In this document: positions 22,107 through 35,616 of the stretch, in pieces
Position numbering within the stretch: the first letter of the stretch is position 1
Layout: every line of letters starts with the position of its first letter
NCBI GenBank assembly: GCA_951406725.2
Contig: OX597821.1
Coordinates: forward strand, 94,488,001 to 94,552,000
Direction: 5' to 3'
DNA from: Octopus vulgaris
Taxonomy: Eukaryota
DNA length: 64,000 nt
Made by a program: the position numbers and the translations under genes
The notes under the pieces: model-generated
Databases searched by the model: none
Told to the model about the DNA's origin: nothing
What the model saw: only the letters and a program-made list of their open reading frames with translations

Positions 22107-22531
22107 GCATACATACATTAGGCTTCTCAAAACCAGAAAGGAGAAAGCTAATTCGAAGACTTCAGATGTAATACATACACAAAACAAAACATACAAATCT
22201 GCACACATACATACATACATACATTCATACACAAAATACCCTGTTGTTGATGTTGAAATTCCAATGAAGGAGCTTTAGGCTTATGTTAGAAACCGGCTCT
22301 TTCTCTATTGGAAAGAAATCTTGAAATAAAACTGAACAATGACATACATTCATATATATACATACAGATAGACATGCAGACATACATAATTACTAATATA
22401 TATTAAGACCTGATGCAAATTTCGAGTTTGATATCTTTCATTCAAGGTATTACACCATGATCGTTTCTATCCGAATTTTTGTATCGTTTTCTAAATGTTT
22501 CACGTTCTTGTCCCAGTTTGTATTTTTTTAC

Positions 22532-22611
<80 letters not shown>

Positions 22612-23613
22612 ACATACACATACAAATTGTCATTCCATTACTCTTCAGTTAAAAAAAATATACCTTCTTTTTTTCTACAAATTCATGGTTTCATGGTTTA
22701 TTACACTTACAGTTTTCTGTCTTTTTTTTAATAAACTAACAGTGTTGACCCAGCATGACCGAAGCTTTAAAGTGGAAGCAATTTAAAGAATTAAAGAATT
22801 AACTGATTTACTTGCTCGTTCAAATTTTATCTCCACTCACAAACTAAATGTTGTTTTAACGACTAACTTCCATGCGCTCTATACATTTTAGCAGTCAGGT
22901 TCTTGGCACAACTTAGTTTTATCTCTTTATTAAATACAACACTTCATCAACTTAACGAAATATTTATGACTTTATAATTACCATCTACTCCAAAAATTGA
23001 CTACGTGATGTTCAAGAAAATCCCTGACTTTTCCGCTCACACCACCCCATCACAAACAAAAGCCAAATTCCATGTGTATTTTCCTCATTGTTAAAATATT
23101 TTTGGCAGCCAAGTAAAACCTGAGTCAAAAATATAGTTAGATGTACGAAGCTATATTTATCTAACATACATATTGCTCATATATTTGTGTATGTATGTCA
23201 GAGAGTGAAGGGACACCTTAGCTGTAGTCACGGCATACTTTTAGGACACGCTTTTGTAAAACCTGCGATTTCACGTGATTCCTGGTCATCTCTATTTGGC
23301 TTGTCACTAGGTACTAACCACAGATAGTCAGAGAATGGTATTCTTATTTTACAAGCATTTATCACGATAATCCAATGACATACAGATGTCTCATTATGGT
23401 GACCTCATTTATCATTTGTCATTTGGCAGTCCATCAAATGGAAATTCTATGGCAATGGTAGAGTGGTGACCTATGCATACCTATCCAGTTGGAAACGCGT
23501 AGTTACAAAACAGCGTAGCTGAATAGCCATTTGAAAGGCCATGGACGGAAAGCCAGAAATGGCATTGACAGCGAGGAAGCAATCTTCTGTAAGGATGGAG
23601 CAATCACTATGTC

Positions 23614-23878
23614 TGAAAAGACCGTTAGTCGAAAGGACCAATGAAACAGCCATTTTCAAATGTGTATCTATCAAAGTATTTGCATATTTATGTAGCGAGG
23701 ACATCACAAAAACTGTTACTCAGAATTTCACGTTCTCGTTCGTCGGATAGGTTTGGTTGAGAATGGAACAAAAAAACCCCCAAAAATAAGGTTATATGTA
23801 TAAATATACAATACGTTGATAGATACACATTTGAAATTGGCTTTGTTTCATTGGTCCTTTCAAATAATGGTATTTTCA
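23614..23878. mobile_element. Foldback/MITE-like element with ~78-bp imperfect inverted arms
   Basis: 'gaaaggaccaatgaaacagccattttcaaatgtgtatctatcaa' is the reverse complement of 'ttgatagatacacatttgaaattggctttgtttcattggtcctttc'. Confidence 0.75.
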
Positions 23879-24118
23879 ATAACCGGTTATATGAAGTTAA
23901 AATTAAAATTATATATATATATTATTGATAAAAATGGCAAGACAACAAAAGAAAGAAAGCGATCTCGATATTATGTAAATAGAGGAATTTTCTCATAGCA
24001 TTTTTCCGATGGCCGGATAAATGAAGAGATGGCGGCGCGGATTTCCACCTTCGCATCTAAAACTCGGAGTTTTATCATGGCTACCGAATAATTGTCACTT
24101 ATTACATTTATATATATA

Positions 24119-24179
<61 letters not shown>

Positions 24180-24183
24180 ATTG

Positions 24184-24249
<66 letters not shown>

Positions 24250-25111
24250 GTTAGGGAATATAATATAGATAGATAGTTAGACAGAGAGAGAGAGACATAA
24301 ATACATATATGTGTGTGTGTGTGTGCATGTGCATTTATGTGTCTATGTATGTTTTTGTGTGTGTAATTGTGTGTTTTTGTAGGCGAGTATTTAAGTATGT
24401 TTAAATGTTCAATTTCCAGTATTGCCATTATCTGTTTCAAATCCAACCTGTTAGTCAAGCAATCCTTAAAATTTCCTTGCACCACGATGCCATGACACAA
24501 CAAGTGATTTCTCTCTCCTTCTCCACTCTCTTTTTCTTTTTTCTTTTTTCATTAATTGATTTATTTTTCCCCCCGATTTTGTTAATTATTGTTATAATTT
24601 ATTTTCAGTGTGTTCCTAGTGTCAGAATTCTCACAGCACCCATTGCGCCGTTGCTCTTCCATTTTTTCGTCACGGATTCATAAGTGGTAAAAGAGAAAAG
24701 AGGACTGAGAAGTGGAGAGGAAGGAGAGTAGTTTACTCGTTCAAAAAAATAAATAAAATAAATAAATAAATAAATAAACGAAAAATAAAAAAAAATTATT
24801 AAAAACAAAAATACAAAAAATAAAAAAAAACAGCAAAATAAAGTCAAAATACAAAGAATCTTGACTCAGTGTTCTGATGTCATCTTACGTCATCTTTATT
24901 GGTTTATGGCTTTGTGGCTTCGTAGTTTCACTGTTGCTTGCAGAGAAAGAGCCACCGCTTTGATTAGCGGGTTCAATTCACTGAGAAGAGAAAAAGCAGC
25001 GACGCATTAATCAAATAAATACACCCCATACTCCAATCGCACTGGCACTCTTTCCGAACCAATTATTTCCACTCCCCTTACTGTCGGTTCAATTCCATAT
25101 ACCTTGGTTTC

Positions 25112-25478
<367 letters not shown>

Positions 25479-26082
25479 CCAGCCCCATAACTCTTCGCAA
25501 TTGATCCTATTTCATTCCATAGCTGCCATTATCCACGCGTTCTTCTTCTCTTCAACAGCCGCCGTCCCTTACCCTTTGCTTTTCCCCATTCAAGTCTCCC
25601 CCTTATGTTATTATTTTTTTTTTTCTTTTCACTTCCCCCTAACCATTCACCAACATTCATAGTTGCCCTTTTCAAATCACCCCTACCCTTTTACCTATTT
25701 CACTTTTTGTTCTTGCTGCATCTACTGATTTCTTTCTTTCTTTCTCACTCTCGCGTGCGCGCGATCCTGTCTCATTATACACGCGCACGCGCGCACGCAC
25801 ACACACATACGCACACATGCATGCACATACATATGTATGCATATGTTTATACTCATGCGTGTGTCTCATTTTACTCTTTCGTATATATTTCTTCAATACA
25901 AATCATAAACGTATCTATCTATCTATTTATCTAGCTATCCATCCATCAATCTATCTATCTATCTATCTATTTATTTATCATCTATCTATCTATTTATCTA
26001 GCTATCCATCCATCAATCTATCTATCTATCTATCTATCTATCCTCTATCTATCTATCTATTTACCTAGCTATCCATCCATCA

Positions 26083-26124
<42 letters not shown>

Positions 26125-26229
26125 TTATCCTCTATCTATCTATCTATTTATCTAGCTATCCATCCATCAATCTATCTATCTAGCTATCCATCCATCAATC
26201 TATCTATCTATCTATCTATCCATCCATCC

Positions 26230-26306
<77 letters not shown>

Positions 26307-26377
26307 GCTAGCTAGCTAGCTATCCATCAATCAATCTATTTATCTATCTGTCTATCTGCCTGTCCATCTCTAAGATA

Positions 26378-26744
26378 CACTAACAGACAAAAATAGATAA
26401 ACAGAGATATGCAACGAACTACTGCGAAGGCGATTCTGTGGCTTGCATTTCCATGCATCAAAGCCAACCCAGCTACATGTGAGCAATGCAATAATCCTGC
26501 ATGATTTATGAGCTGTGGGGAAAACATCCGACTGGAATCGGTGATGTTGTTCCTGTGAGTTCTTTCCAACTATACAAGTGAATTCCTTTCTTGTGAAGAG
26601 CTACTTGACTCTGGTCAATAATCATACGGGGTTATTGCATTGCTCACATGTGCCTGTGCTGGCTATCATGCATCGAGATGCAAGCCACAGAATCGCCTGT
26701 CCAGTACTTCGTTCCTTATCTCTATTTATCTATATTTGTCAGTG
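26378..26744. mobile_element. MITE with ~130-bp TIRs and TA target duplication (Tc1/mariner-like ends)
   Basis: TA-cactaacagacaaa...tttgtcagtg-TA; arms 'ggcgattctgtggcttgcat' / 'atgcaagccacagaatcgcc' and 'acatgtgagcaatgcaataa' / 'ttattgcattgctcacatgt'. Confidence 0.8.
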
Positions 26745-26753
26745 TATCTATAG

Positions 26754-26818
<65 letters not shown>

Positions 26819-26883
26819 CAGATTGATAGAGAGATAGATATGCGTGTGTGAGTGTATGTAATAGACATATATACATTTCTATA

Positions 26884-26932
<49 letters not shown>

Positions 26933-26935
26933 GTA

Positions 26936-26987
<52 letters not shown>

Positions 26988-27025
26988 TGTATATATATAT
27001 GTATATATATATATGTATATATATT

Positions 27026-27087
<62 letters not shown>

Positions 27088-27095
27088 CATATATA

Positions 27096-27175
27096 CCGCT
27101 TAATAATTTCAATGGAGGCAATGCAAGCGGAAACTAGAGGAAACTTGCATTGCCTCCAATGAAATTATTAAGTGG
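27096..27175. repeat. 80-bp near-perfect palindrome (32-bp stem, 16-nt loop)
   Basis: ccgcttaataatttcaatggaggcaatgcaag / cttgcattgcctccaatgaaattattaagtgg. Confidence 0.9.
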
Positions 27176-27395
27176 AATATAGCTCACTTGGAGAACTACA
27201 ACTCCAGTCTGTATTTTATTTGCGAGTATTGTTATCACCAACAAACTCAAACAGTGATAGACAGAAAACAATACATAAATAACAAATAATATATATATAA
27301 TTTTTTTAATATTATATTATATATTTATCATTCATTTTATACTTTTTGAGATCTAGTTATAAGTTATATATAAAAAATTTTTATATACATATAAA

Positions 27396-27790
27396 GGCGT
27401 AGGAGTGGCTGTGTGGTAAGTAGCTTGCTTACCAACCACATGGCTCCAGGTTCATTCCCACTGCATGGCACCTTGGGTAAGTGTCTTCTACTATAGCCTC
27501 AGGCCGACCAAAGCCTTGTGAGTGGATTTGGTAGACGGAAACTGAAAGAAGCCCGTCGTATATATATATATATATATGTATATATATTTGTGTGCGTGTT
27601 TGTGTGTCTGTATCGCTTGACAACCGATGCTGGTGTGTTTATGTCCCCGTTACTTAGCGGTTCGGCAAAAAGAGACCGATAGAATAAGTACTGGGCTTAC
27701 AAAGAATATGTCCCGGGGTCGATTTGCTCGACAAAAGGTGGTGCTCCAGCATGGCCACAGTCAAATGACTGAAACAAGTAAAAGAGTAAA
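27396..27790 (+). mobile_element. SINE family A, full length
   Basis: Homology to the other family A copies. Confidence 0.92.
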
Positions 27791-27875
27791 AAAAAACAGT
27801 ATATTATATGTTATTTATGTATTGGTTTATGTCTATCACTGTTTGAGTTGCATAATAGTGGTTTTATCTCTAATT

Positions 27876-27912
<37 letters not shown>

Positions 27913-27997
27913 AACATATATATACATACATACGCATGTTACATACATACATAGAACTGATATAGTAATTTGGGATAGAGAAAAGAAACTGTGTATA

Positions 27998-28970
27998 CCG
28001 TGTTTTCCCGAAAATAAGCCCTACCATGATTTTTCAGTATGTTTTTAGTATAAACCCTAACCCGAAAATAAGACCTAATCAAAAATGCATCAGCTTATTA
28101 GCAAGACTATGTGATGTTTGCAAAATAAACCAACTACCGCATCTTGGCTAAAGTCTGCGCTAAGCGCTCATGCACGGAGTTGACTCCATTGTCTCCTAGG
28201 CAAGATGAGTGCAAAAAGAAAGAGTTATTCTGTGGAGTATACGAACTGTGGAAGAGTCACATAACAAGGATCTTACATCTTACACATAACAAGAATCTTA
28301 CAAGAATCAAACATCACATAGGCGCATGAGTGGCTGTGTGGTAAGTAGCTTGCTAACCAGCCACATGGTTCCGGGTTCAGTCCCACTGCGTGGCATCTTG
28401 GGCAAGTGTCTTCTGCTATAGCCCCGGGCTGACCAATGCCTTGTGAGTGGATTTGGTAGACGGAAACTGAAAGAAGCCTGTCGTATATATGTATATATAT
28501 ATATATGTATGTGTGTGTGTTTGTGTGTCTGTGTTTGTCCCCCTAGCATTGCTTGACAACCAATACTGGTGTGTTTACGTCCCCGTAACCTAGCGGTTCG
28601 GCAAAAGAGACCGATAGAATAAGTACTGGGCTTACAAAGAATAAGTTCCGGGGTCGATTTACTCGACTAAAGGCGGTGCTCCAGCATGGCCGCACCCAAA
28701 TGACTGAAACAAGTAAAAGAGTAAAAGAGCTCTCTGTAAAGAGATTTTGAATCTCCGAATGGTTCGAAAATCGCGAGCAGAGTACGATAATCTCAACAGA
28801 CAAGTAGGCGATGTAAGTGCTAAGAAGCGCAAGTGTGGATCAGGTCAACAATCGCTATTTTCGGAGCTGGAGGATATCACCTCGGGATGGATTGCTGACA
28901 GAAGAACAAAGGCTTTGGTTTTACGCAGGGCTGTGATACTCAAGAATCTGTTCTTGCAATGGCACCACAG
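27998..28970 (+). mobile_element. pogo/Tigger-type DNA transposon 5' relic interrupted by SINE A
   Basis: TA + TIR-like 'ccgtgttttcccgaaaataagccc'; MSAKRKSYSVEY at 28205; CENP-B-type HTH-like 'KRKCGSGQQSLFSELEDITSGWIADRR' in ORF 28747. Confidence 0.7.
28321..28729 (+). mobile_element. SINE family A, full length
   Basis: Homology to other copies; tail 'gtaaaagagtaaaagag'. Confidence 0.92.
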
Positions 28971-29046
28971 TTGGATATACCTCCAGAGATATTCAAAGCA
29001 TATATACACATACACACATACATATATGCATGTATGTATGCGTGTT

Positions 29047-29107
<61 letters not shown>

Positions 29108-29113
<6 letters not shown>

Positions 29114-29272
29114 ACGGGAAGCTTTATGAAAATAAACAAAAGACGAAGGCAGGTGGAATACAAACAAACAATTGTATTAGTATGGCGCTCAGGAATATAA
29201 ATAAAACAAGTCTTTTACGTTTCGAGCCTACGCTCTTCAACAGAAAGATACACAGAAAAAAAACACGGAGAT
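29108..29272 (-). mobile_element. Short repeat with minimal hammerhead-like motif (same family as 35380-35588)
   Basis: Minus strand 29248-29211: tcttt-CTGTTGA-a-gagc(gtag)gctc-GAAAC-GTA-aaaga. Confidence 0.65.
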
Positions 29273-29865
29273 ACACACATATATATATACATGCATGTAT
29301 GTATGCGTGTTTGTATGTATGTATGTATGTATGTATGTATGTATGTATGTATGTATGTATGTATGTATGTATGTATGTATGTACGTATGTATGTATGTAT
29401 GTGTAGTATGTATATACATACGAATTAATATCCTCTATGTCATATTTTCAATTAAAAATCCCTACAGAATATGAAATCAGAAAAGAAGTGGTTACAGAGA
29501 GAGAGAGAAATTATGATAAAGTTAATTGGCTAAAAGTGCATGTTTCAGATGAATAACCCTTTCCCCGACAGAAAACGAAAAGAAAAACACCAAAAATTCA
29601 CAATAAAATAAAATATAATAAAAACACAAGCAATTGTCCTAATCTTTCCACTTCACTCCCAAAATATGATTTTCAACAGTGAATCAATAAGTCGTATGAG
29701 TGGAGAGGAGCTGGAGAGCGATTGAAACATACCCTTGCTCCTCTATGGGCGATGGGGAAAGAAAAAAGATTGCAAATGGTGGCTCATAAATGGGGTGGGC
29801 AAGATAGAATGATTATATATGCATGTATGTGTATCTCTCTTTCACTCACTATATATGTGTGTGTT

Positions 29866-29937
<72 letters not shown>

Positions 29938-29987
29938 CACTACATATATACATACACATATATTATGTGTATATCTAAGTATACATG

Positions 29988-30021
<34 letters not shown>

Positions 30022-30284
30022 TGTATATATTATATATATATGTATGTATATATGTATATATATATCATATATATATATATGTATTAATGTATGTACATAT
30101 ATATATATATATATACATATGTATATATACATATCATGCATATATATTCGTGTGTCTTTGTGTGTGTGCGTTCGTTGTGAGTGCGTGCATGCCCGTGTGT
30201 GTGTATGTGTGTGTGCGTGCGTTCGTGTGTGAGTGTGTGCGTTCATGCATGCATGCATGTGCGTTCGTGTGTGAGTGCATACGT

Positions 30285-30349
<65 letters not shown>

Positions 30350-31293
30350 CGTGTGTGTGTGTAAGTATTATGTCTGTCACTGAGCGCGGTGCAGTACAGA
30401 ACAAGTGAAAATGAACGACAAAGCAACAATATTCTATGGAAGACCTGTAGCGTTCATCGCGTTATTATAGTCTGCCACTTGAAGGAATGTTTAAGGACCT
30501 CTAAATTAAGTCAAGTGCATGAGAGAATGATAGACAAATAAAGGGAGAAAGAGTGGATGCATCTAAGAGAGAGAGAGGGGGAGAGCTGAGAGAGAAGAAC
30601 GAGAGAGCTGAGAGAGAGAGAGAGAGAGAGAGAGCAAACTGGCGGATTGTGGTGGAGGGTATACTCGATTACGAACATCCGTTCAAAAGATGCAACACTA
30701 CATTTCAATGAAAAGATGAATGCAACAAGCCAACGAGTCCTTTAGCATGCATTTCTCAGCGTGACATCATCATCAAGTGCATTGATTAATACATAGAAGG
30801 CTGCGGGTGGGGAAAGTGCTGACCAACCCTTTCCTCCCTGTGTTATACATATAAACCTAATTATGCCATTTTCTTTTTCATGGTTTTTTTTTCTCTCTCC
30901 TTTCTCATGCCACTTACTCATTCTTTCCTCTAGTTTTTCTTCCCCTCCCTCTCCCGCTTCTGTCATGGTCGTTCTCACTTACCCCCTCTGTTGTTTATCT
31001 CTCGGTTCACTTAGTTACCTCCCCCCCCCCCCACAGTTTCCTTATTTTCATTCATTTTTCTCTTTCTCTCTCTCTCTCTTTCTCGCCCTCTCTTTACCTC
31101 TGCTTCTTCCTCTCTCTTTTCCTCTCCTAAAATCTCTCACATTCATTTTATGTTACTTCTCTTTGTCACCGTTTTTCTTCCTTCATGCTTTCTCTTTATC
31201 TTGATGTGTTTTCTTTCACCTCATAGGTTTCTCTTTCAATTACTCTATTCCTTTTTTCGTTTCATTCTCCCAATCCATCTTTCTTGCCACCTG

Positions 31294-31334
<41 letters not shown>

Positions 31335-31458
31335 TCTCTCTCTCGTTTTATCCCTCCATTTTCTCTGACATACACCATGTTTTTCATAACTTCCTTCTTC
31401 TCCCACTCCCCTCTCTCTCTTGATTTATTTCTCTCATTTTCATTTACTTTGATGATAA

Positions 31459-33175
31459 CACTGGGTAACACAAGTTTTGCTTTTCCAAATGTTTTTGCTG
31501 TTTCCAAAGCAATTTTTTCTCTTGATTTCAAAACTACCCTTGAAAATTGCATAGCATCAATATTTTAGGAGATAATTGCGGTTTTCTAGAGAATGGGAAC
31601 AAAATTTAGCTGCGATAGTACTTCATTCAACTTAGTGTACCCACTCTGTAATCCAAGTAAGAACGCAATCATTTTAAAGTCATTACAAACATCCCATTTA
31701 AATTTGTCGTAATTTACTTTCTCAAGAGGCTCTTTTTCATTGTCGTATTCTTCCTTCATCTGTATCGAGTACGCAATAGGCAGGGATGGATGCTGATTTC
31801 CATTGTGTAATAAAACAGCTTTGAGGCTTTTTGTTGAGCTATGAAAAGTCTCCATTCTTCAGGGTTGTGATCAATTCCAATAGCTGTAAAGCCATTTATA
31901 TCTTTGCAGAAGTGGAGATCCTCACTTATGTCTAAATATACTTCGAATTCCTCATGGCGCCTCCTCTATGCTGTTAATCTGCAGTCCTTCCCCAAAGGAT
32001 TCCATTCATTCATCCTAGATGCTAAAAGCTAATGCGATCATCTAGTTACTGTTGATTTGGAAAGTGTGGGCAGGTGCTCGTTCTTGACTCAAATGTTTCA
32101 TCCATTTCTTCGCTGTCGCCACTTTCAGACTCTCCTGCTGAGACCTCCATCATATCCTCTACCTGTAAAATTTTAAAGGTTGCATATAATAGTTGAAACC
32201 TTGAGAATTTTATGTGTAATCACATATTATTTCAATATTGATTCTGTTACCACGAATGCAAGTTAAATTTGCTATTAAAATTTTGATTGGATAATGCTAA
32301 CATTTTCTGGTGGCCATGGAATCGGTAAGTTATCATCATGTAGCACAGGTGCAGTGGAGTGTTGAATGCTGGGATACGTAAGGGCTTTCCTTCCTTTAAA
32401 TCTTCTGTATTTTGATATATCAATCATCGTGATAATTTTTTAGCCCTTGCCAAACTCTCGGAACAGCAAAAGGCATTGCTTTTCTTGCACCTCTAAGCCA
32501 TCCATCTAAATTTGATCTACACGTTCCACATATCGTATGAGGGGCCCATGGTTTTCCTTGATCACCCATACTCACTCCAAAATACAGTCTATAAGCAATC
32601 TAGTACTTAGCACCTTTAACAATTTTATATGCTACGTGCTTTCTTCCAACATAATATCCACACATATAACAGAATATATCTGGTGAATTTCTGCATCCTT
32701 TTGTAGCCATGATCAGGATAATTCAATGTTTACAATAAAAACCTGAAAAAGAAAGAGATTTAAGTGACAAACGTACAGTGCTCGTGATCAAACAGGTATA
32801 GCCCCAAAACCAAATGGAACGCCGGAGAAAAGATGGAGGGACGAGAGACAAAAGCGCAACACTTCCTTTCACTGGATTTGGTAGTCACGAGATCACTGAG
32901 GCATATGATTTATGATGTATGTATGATGTATAATGATATGTGTATTTTAGCATAATTCGATATATACTCTTTTTACTCTCTCTTTTACTTATTTCAGTCA
33001 TTTGACTGCGGCCATGCTGGAGCACCGCCTTTTGTCGAGCAAATCGACCCCGGGACATATTCTTTGTAAGCCCAGTACTTATTCTATCGGTCTCCTTTGC
33101 CGAACCGCTAAGTGACGTGGACGTAAACACACCAGCATCGGTTATCAAGCAATGTTAAGGGGACAAACACAGACA

Positions 33176-33221
<46 letters not shown>

Positions 33222-33509
33222 CATATATACGACAGGCTTCTTTCAGTTTCCATCTACCAAATCCACTCACAAAGCATTGGTCGGCCCGGGGCTATAGTAG
33301 AAGACACTTGCCCAAGATGCCACGCAGTGGGACTGAACCCGGAACCATGTGGTTGGTTAGCAAGCTACTTACCACACAGCCACTCCTCGCAAACGGTCGA
33401 TGATAGAGAAAAAAAGAAACACATTTTGGGAATCAGCACAAAATTCTGCATTAAGATTATTCAATACAATAAGACACCCAAAACTTTTGTGAAAATTTGT
33501 AACCCAGGG
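31459..33509 (-). mobile_element. Chapaev3-type DNA transposon, internally deleted, with TIRs and 3-bp TAA target duplication
   Basis: TAA-cactgggtaacaca...tttgtaacccaggg-TAA; minus-strand transposase from ATG 32710 (MATKGCRNSPDIFCYMCG) to SLKAVLLHNGNQHPSLPIA...WDVCNDFKMIAFLLGLQSGYTK (~31630). Confidence 0.8.
32967..33390 (-). mobile_element. SINE family A nested in the Chapaev3 element
   Basis: Homology to the other family A copies. Confidence 0.92.
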
Positions 33510-33702
33510 TAATTTCTATCGCTTTTTCTCCCTTCGTCTGCAGCGTGTCTCAGTCTCCCATTTTCTAACCTTAAATGTCTCTGCTTCTCTTTTATTCACT
33601 CCTACTTTTATAAACACTTATTTCCCTTCCTCTAGGTCTCTCTTTTCTCATTTCTTCTCTCTTTCACATACCCCTCTCTCACAAATAGACACTTTTACTT
33701 CA

Positions 33703-34099
33703 TCTTTATATATAAAAGAGAGGTTGTGTGTCTGTCTCCTACGATTTAGATTCCTAACTACTCCCACATTTTGCGGTGCAGTTTAACCAAAAGCGGGTAT
33801 CTTATAGTCGTGATTCATATCGAGCCCTTGTGGGTATTAGCATGCGTCTATGATGAGTCTACGATCAAAAAAAAAATTACCATCATTTTTTTCCATTTTA
33901 ATGCATTTTTTCGCTATTATTTAAGGGAAGTAACTCTCTAAAAATGTCTACGATGAGTCAACGATTTAAAAAAAAATTTACCATAATTTTTTTTCCATTT
34001 TCAATGCATTTTTTTCCTATTTTTTGGCTATAACTCTCTAAAAATGCTTATATAGTTATTTCCCTTACAAACCCGAGCAACGCCGGGCAATACTGCTAG
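33703..34099 (+). mobile_element. Non-autonomous Helitron
   Basis: Starts TC after host A; 3' hairpin cccgagcaacgccggg (34072-34087) then CTAG followed by host T; internal ~100-bp tandem duplication. Confidence 0.85.
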
Positions 34100-34544
34100 T
34101 TGACTATATTTCTTATCGCCTCTCTTTCTCTTTCTCAGCTACCGTCTTCCTTTTTTCTCATTCCGTCTCCATCCAACGGTGCTTTGGTTTGGATCTTTCT
34201 TCCTTTCTTCCATTGTATATTTTTCTTCCCCACTTTTCAATCTCTCGATTCTTTGTCCCGTCTTTCTGCCTCATCACCGTCTCTGCCTCTGTCTATCTGT
34301 CTTTGTCTCTCTTTCTCTATCTCTCTCTCCTTCTCCCACCTCTCTCACGCTCTCTCGGGCTCTCTCTCCAAGCAAACTCTTTCAACAAAAAAGAAAAGAA
34401 AGAAAGAAAACAAAGAAAAAAACGGAAATTAAATTTTGCAATCTCACATCTAATTTCCACAGTGGAACCATTTATTAAAAACATTAATCAGTACTTGCAC
34501 ATTATGAAGCCCTCGGAAGGATCAGCTCTTCATTATTATTATCA

Positions 34545-34632
<88 letters not shown>

Positions 34633-34766
34633 TATTATTACTATTACTATTATAATTATTACTATTATTATTATTATTATTATTATTACTACTATTATTA
34701 TTATTATTATTATTATCATCATCATCATCATCAACATCATCATCATCATCATCATCATTATTATTA

Positions 34767-34809
<43 letters not shown>

Positions 34810-35379
34810 CATATTTTTACTTTCAGTCCCTCGGAAAAGATGCCACCCCACCACCACCACCAGAAAAAAAAAAAAAGAAAAAGAGACTCTGAAAAAGACT
34901 ATGATGGATTTGTTCGAATTAGCAATTTTCACCGAGTCACTTGCTTTCATTGTGGTGAATACTGTAGACCCAAAGGTCAGCTGCTGGCAAACTGAGATCG
35001 CATCCTGGTTTTGGTCGTTCATTTATGCAAATTCACGTCATTTAAACTGCTAATGTTGTTTGGAATAAACAGGAATTTTGCAAGTTTCCTATATTTTATC
35101 TTTCATCTTTTACTTGTTTCAGACACTGGTCTGTAACCATGCTGGGGCACTGTTTGATAGGTTGTAATTGTACGAAACGACATCAGTACATAGTTCTTAA
35201 GTCAGGTGCTTGTTCTATTAGCGATGACTTTTGACAAAGCGCTAGTTTACAGAAACGTGAACAAAGAATCAACTGGTTGTAAGTGATGAGGTACAAACAC
35301 AAGAGACAGACACATACATACATACATACATACATACATACATACATACATACATACATACATACATACATACATTTGG

Positions 35380-35584
35380 ACGCCATGATAGATCGTTAGC
35401 TCCTACACGCATTTTTTTTTCTCTCCTTGTTTCTCTCCTTGTTTTTTTTTCTGTGTATCTTTCTGTCGAAGAGCGTAGGCTCGAAACGTAAAAGACTTTT
35501 TCTATTCCTGAGCGTTATACTAATACGTTTGTTTGTTTGTACTCCACCTGCCTTCGTCTTTTGTTTATTTTCGTAAACTTTCCC

Positions 35585-35588
<4 letters not shown>
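35380..35588 (+). mobile_element. Short repeat with minimal hammerhead-like motif embedded in (CATA)n
   Basis: 35458-35495: tcttt-CTGTCGA-a-gagc(gtag)gctc-GAAAC-GTA-aaaga. Confidence 0.65.

Positions 35589-35616
<28 letters not shown>

Noticed and set aside
34189-34995. Longest ORF (268 aa)
   Set aside because: Made of CT-rich low complexity and (ATT)n/(ATC)n; no domain
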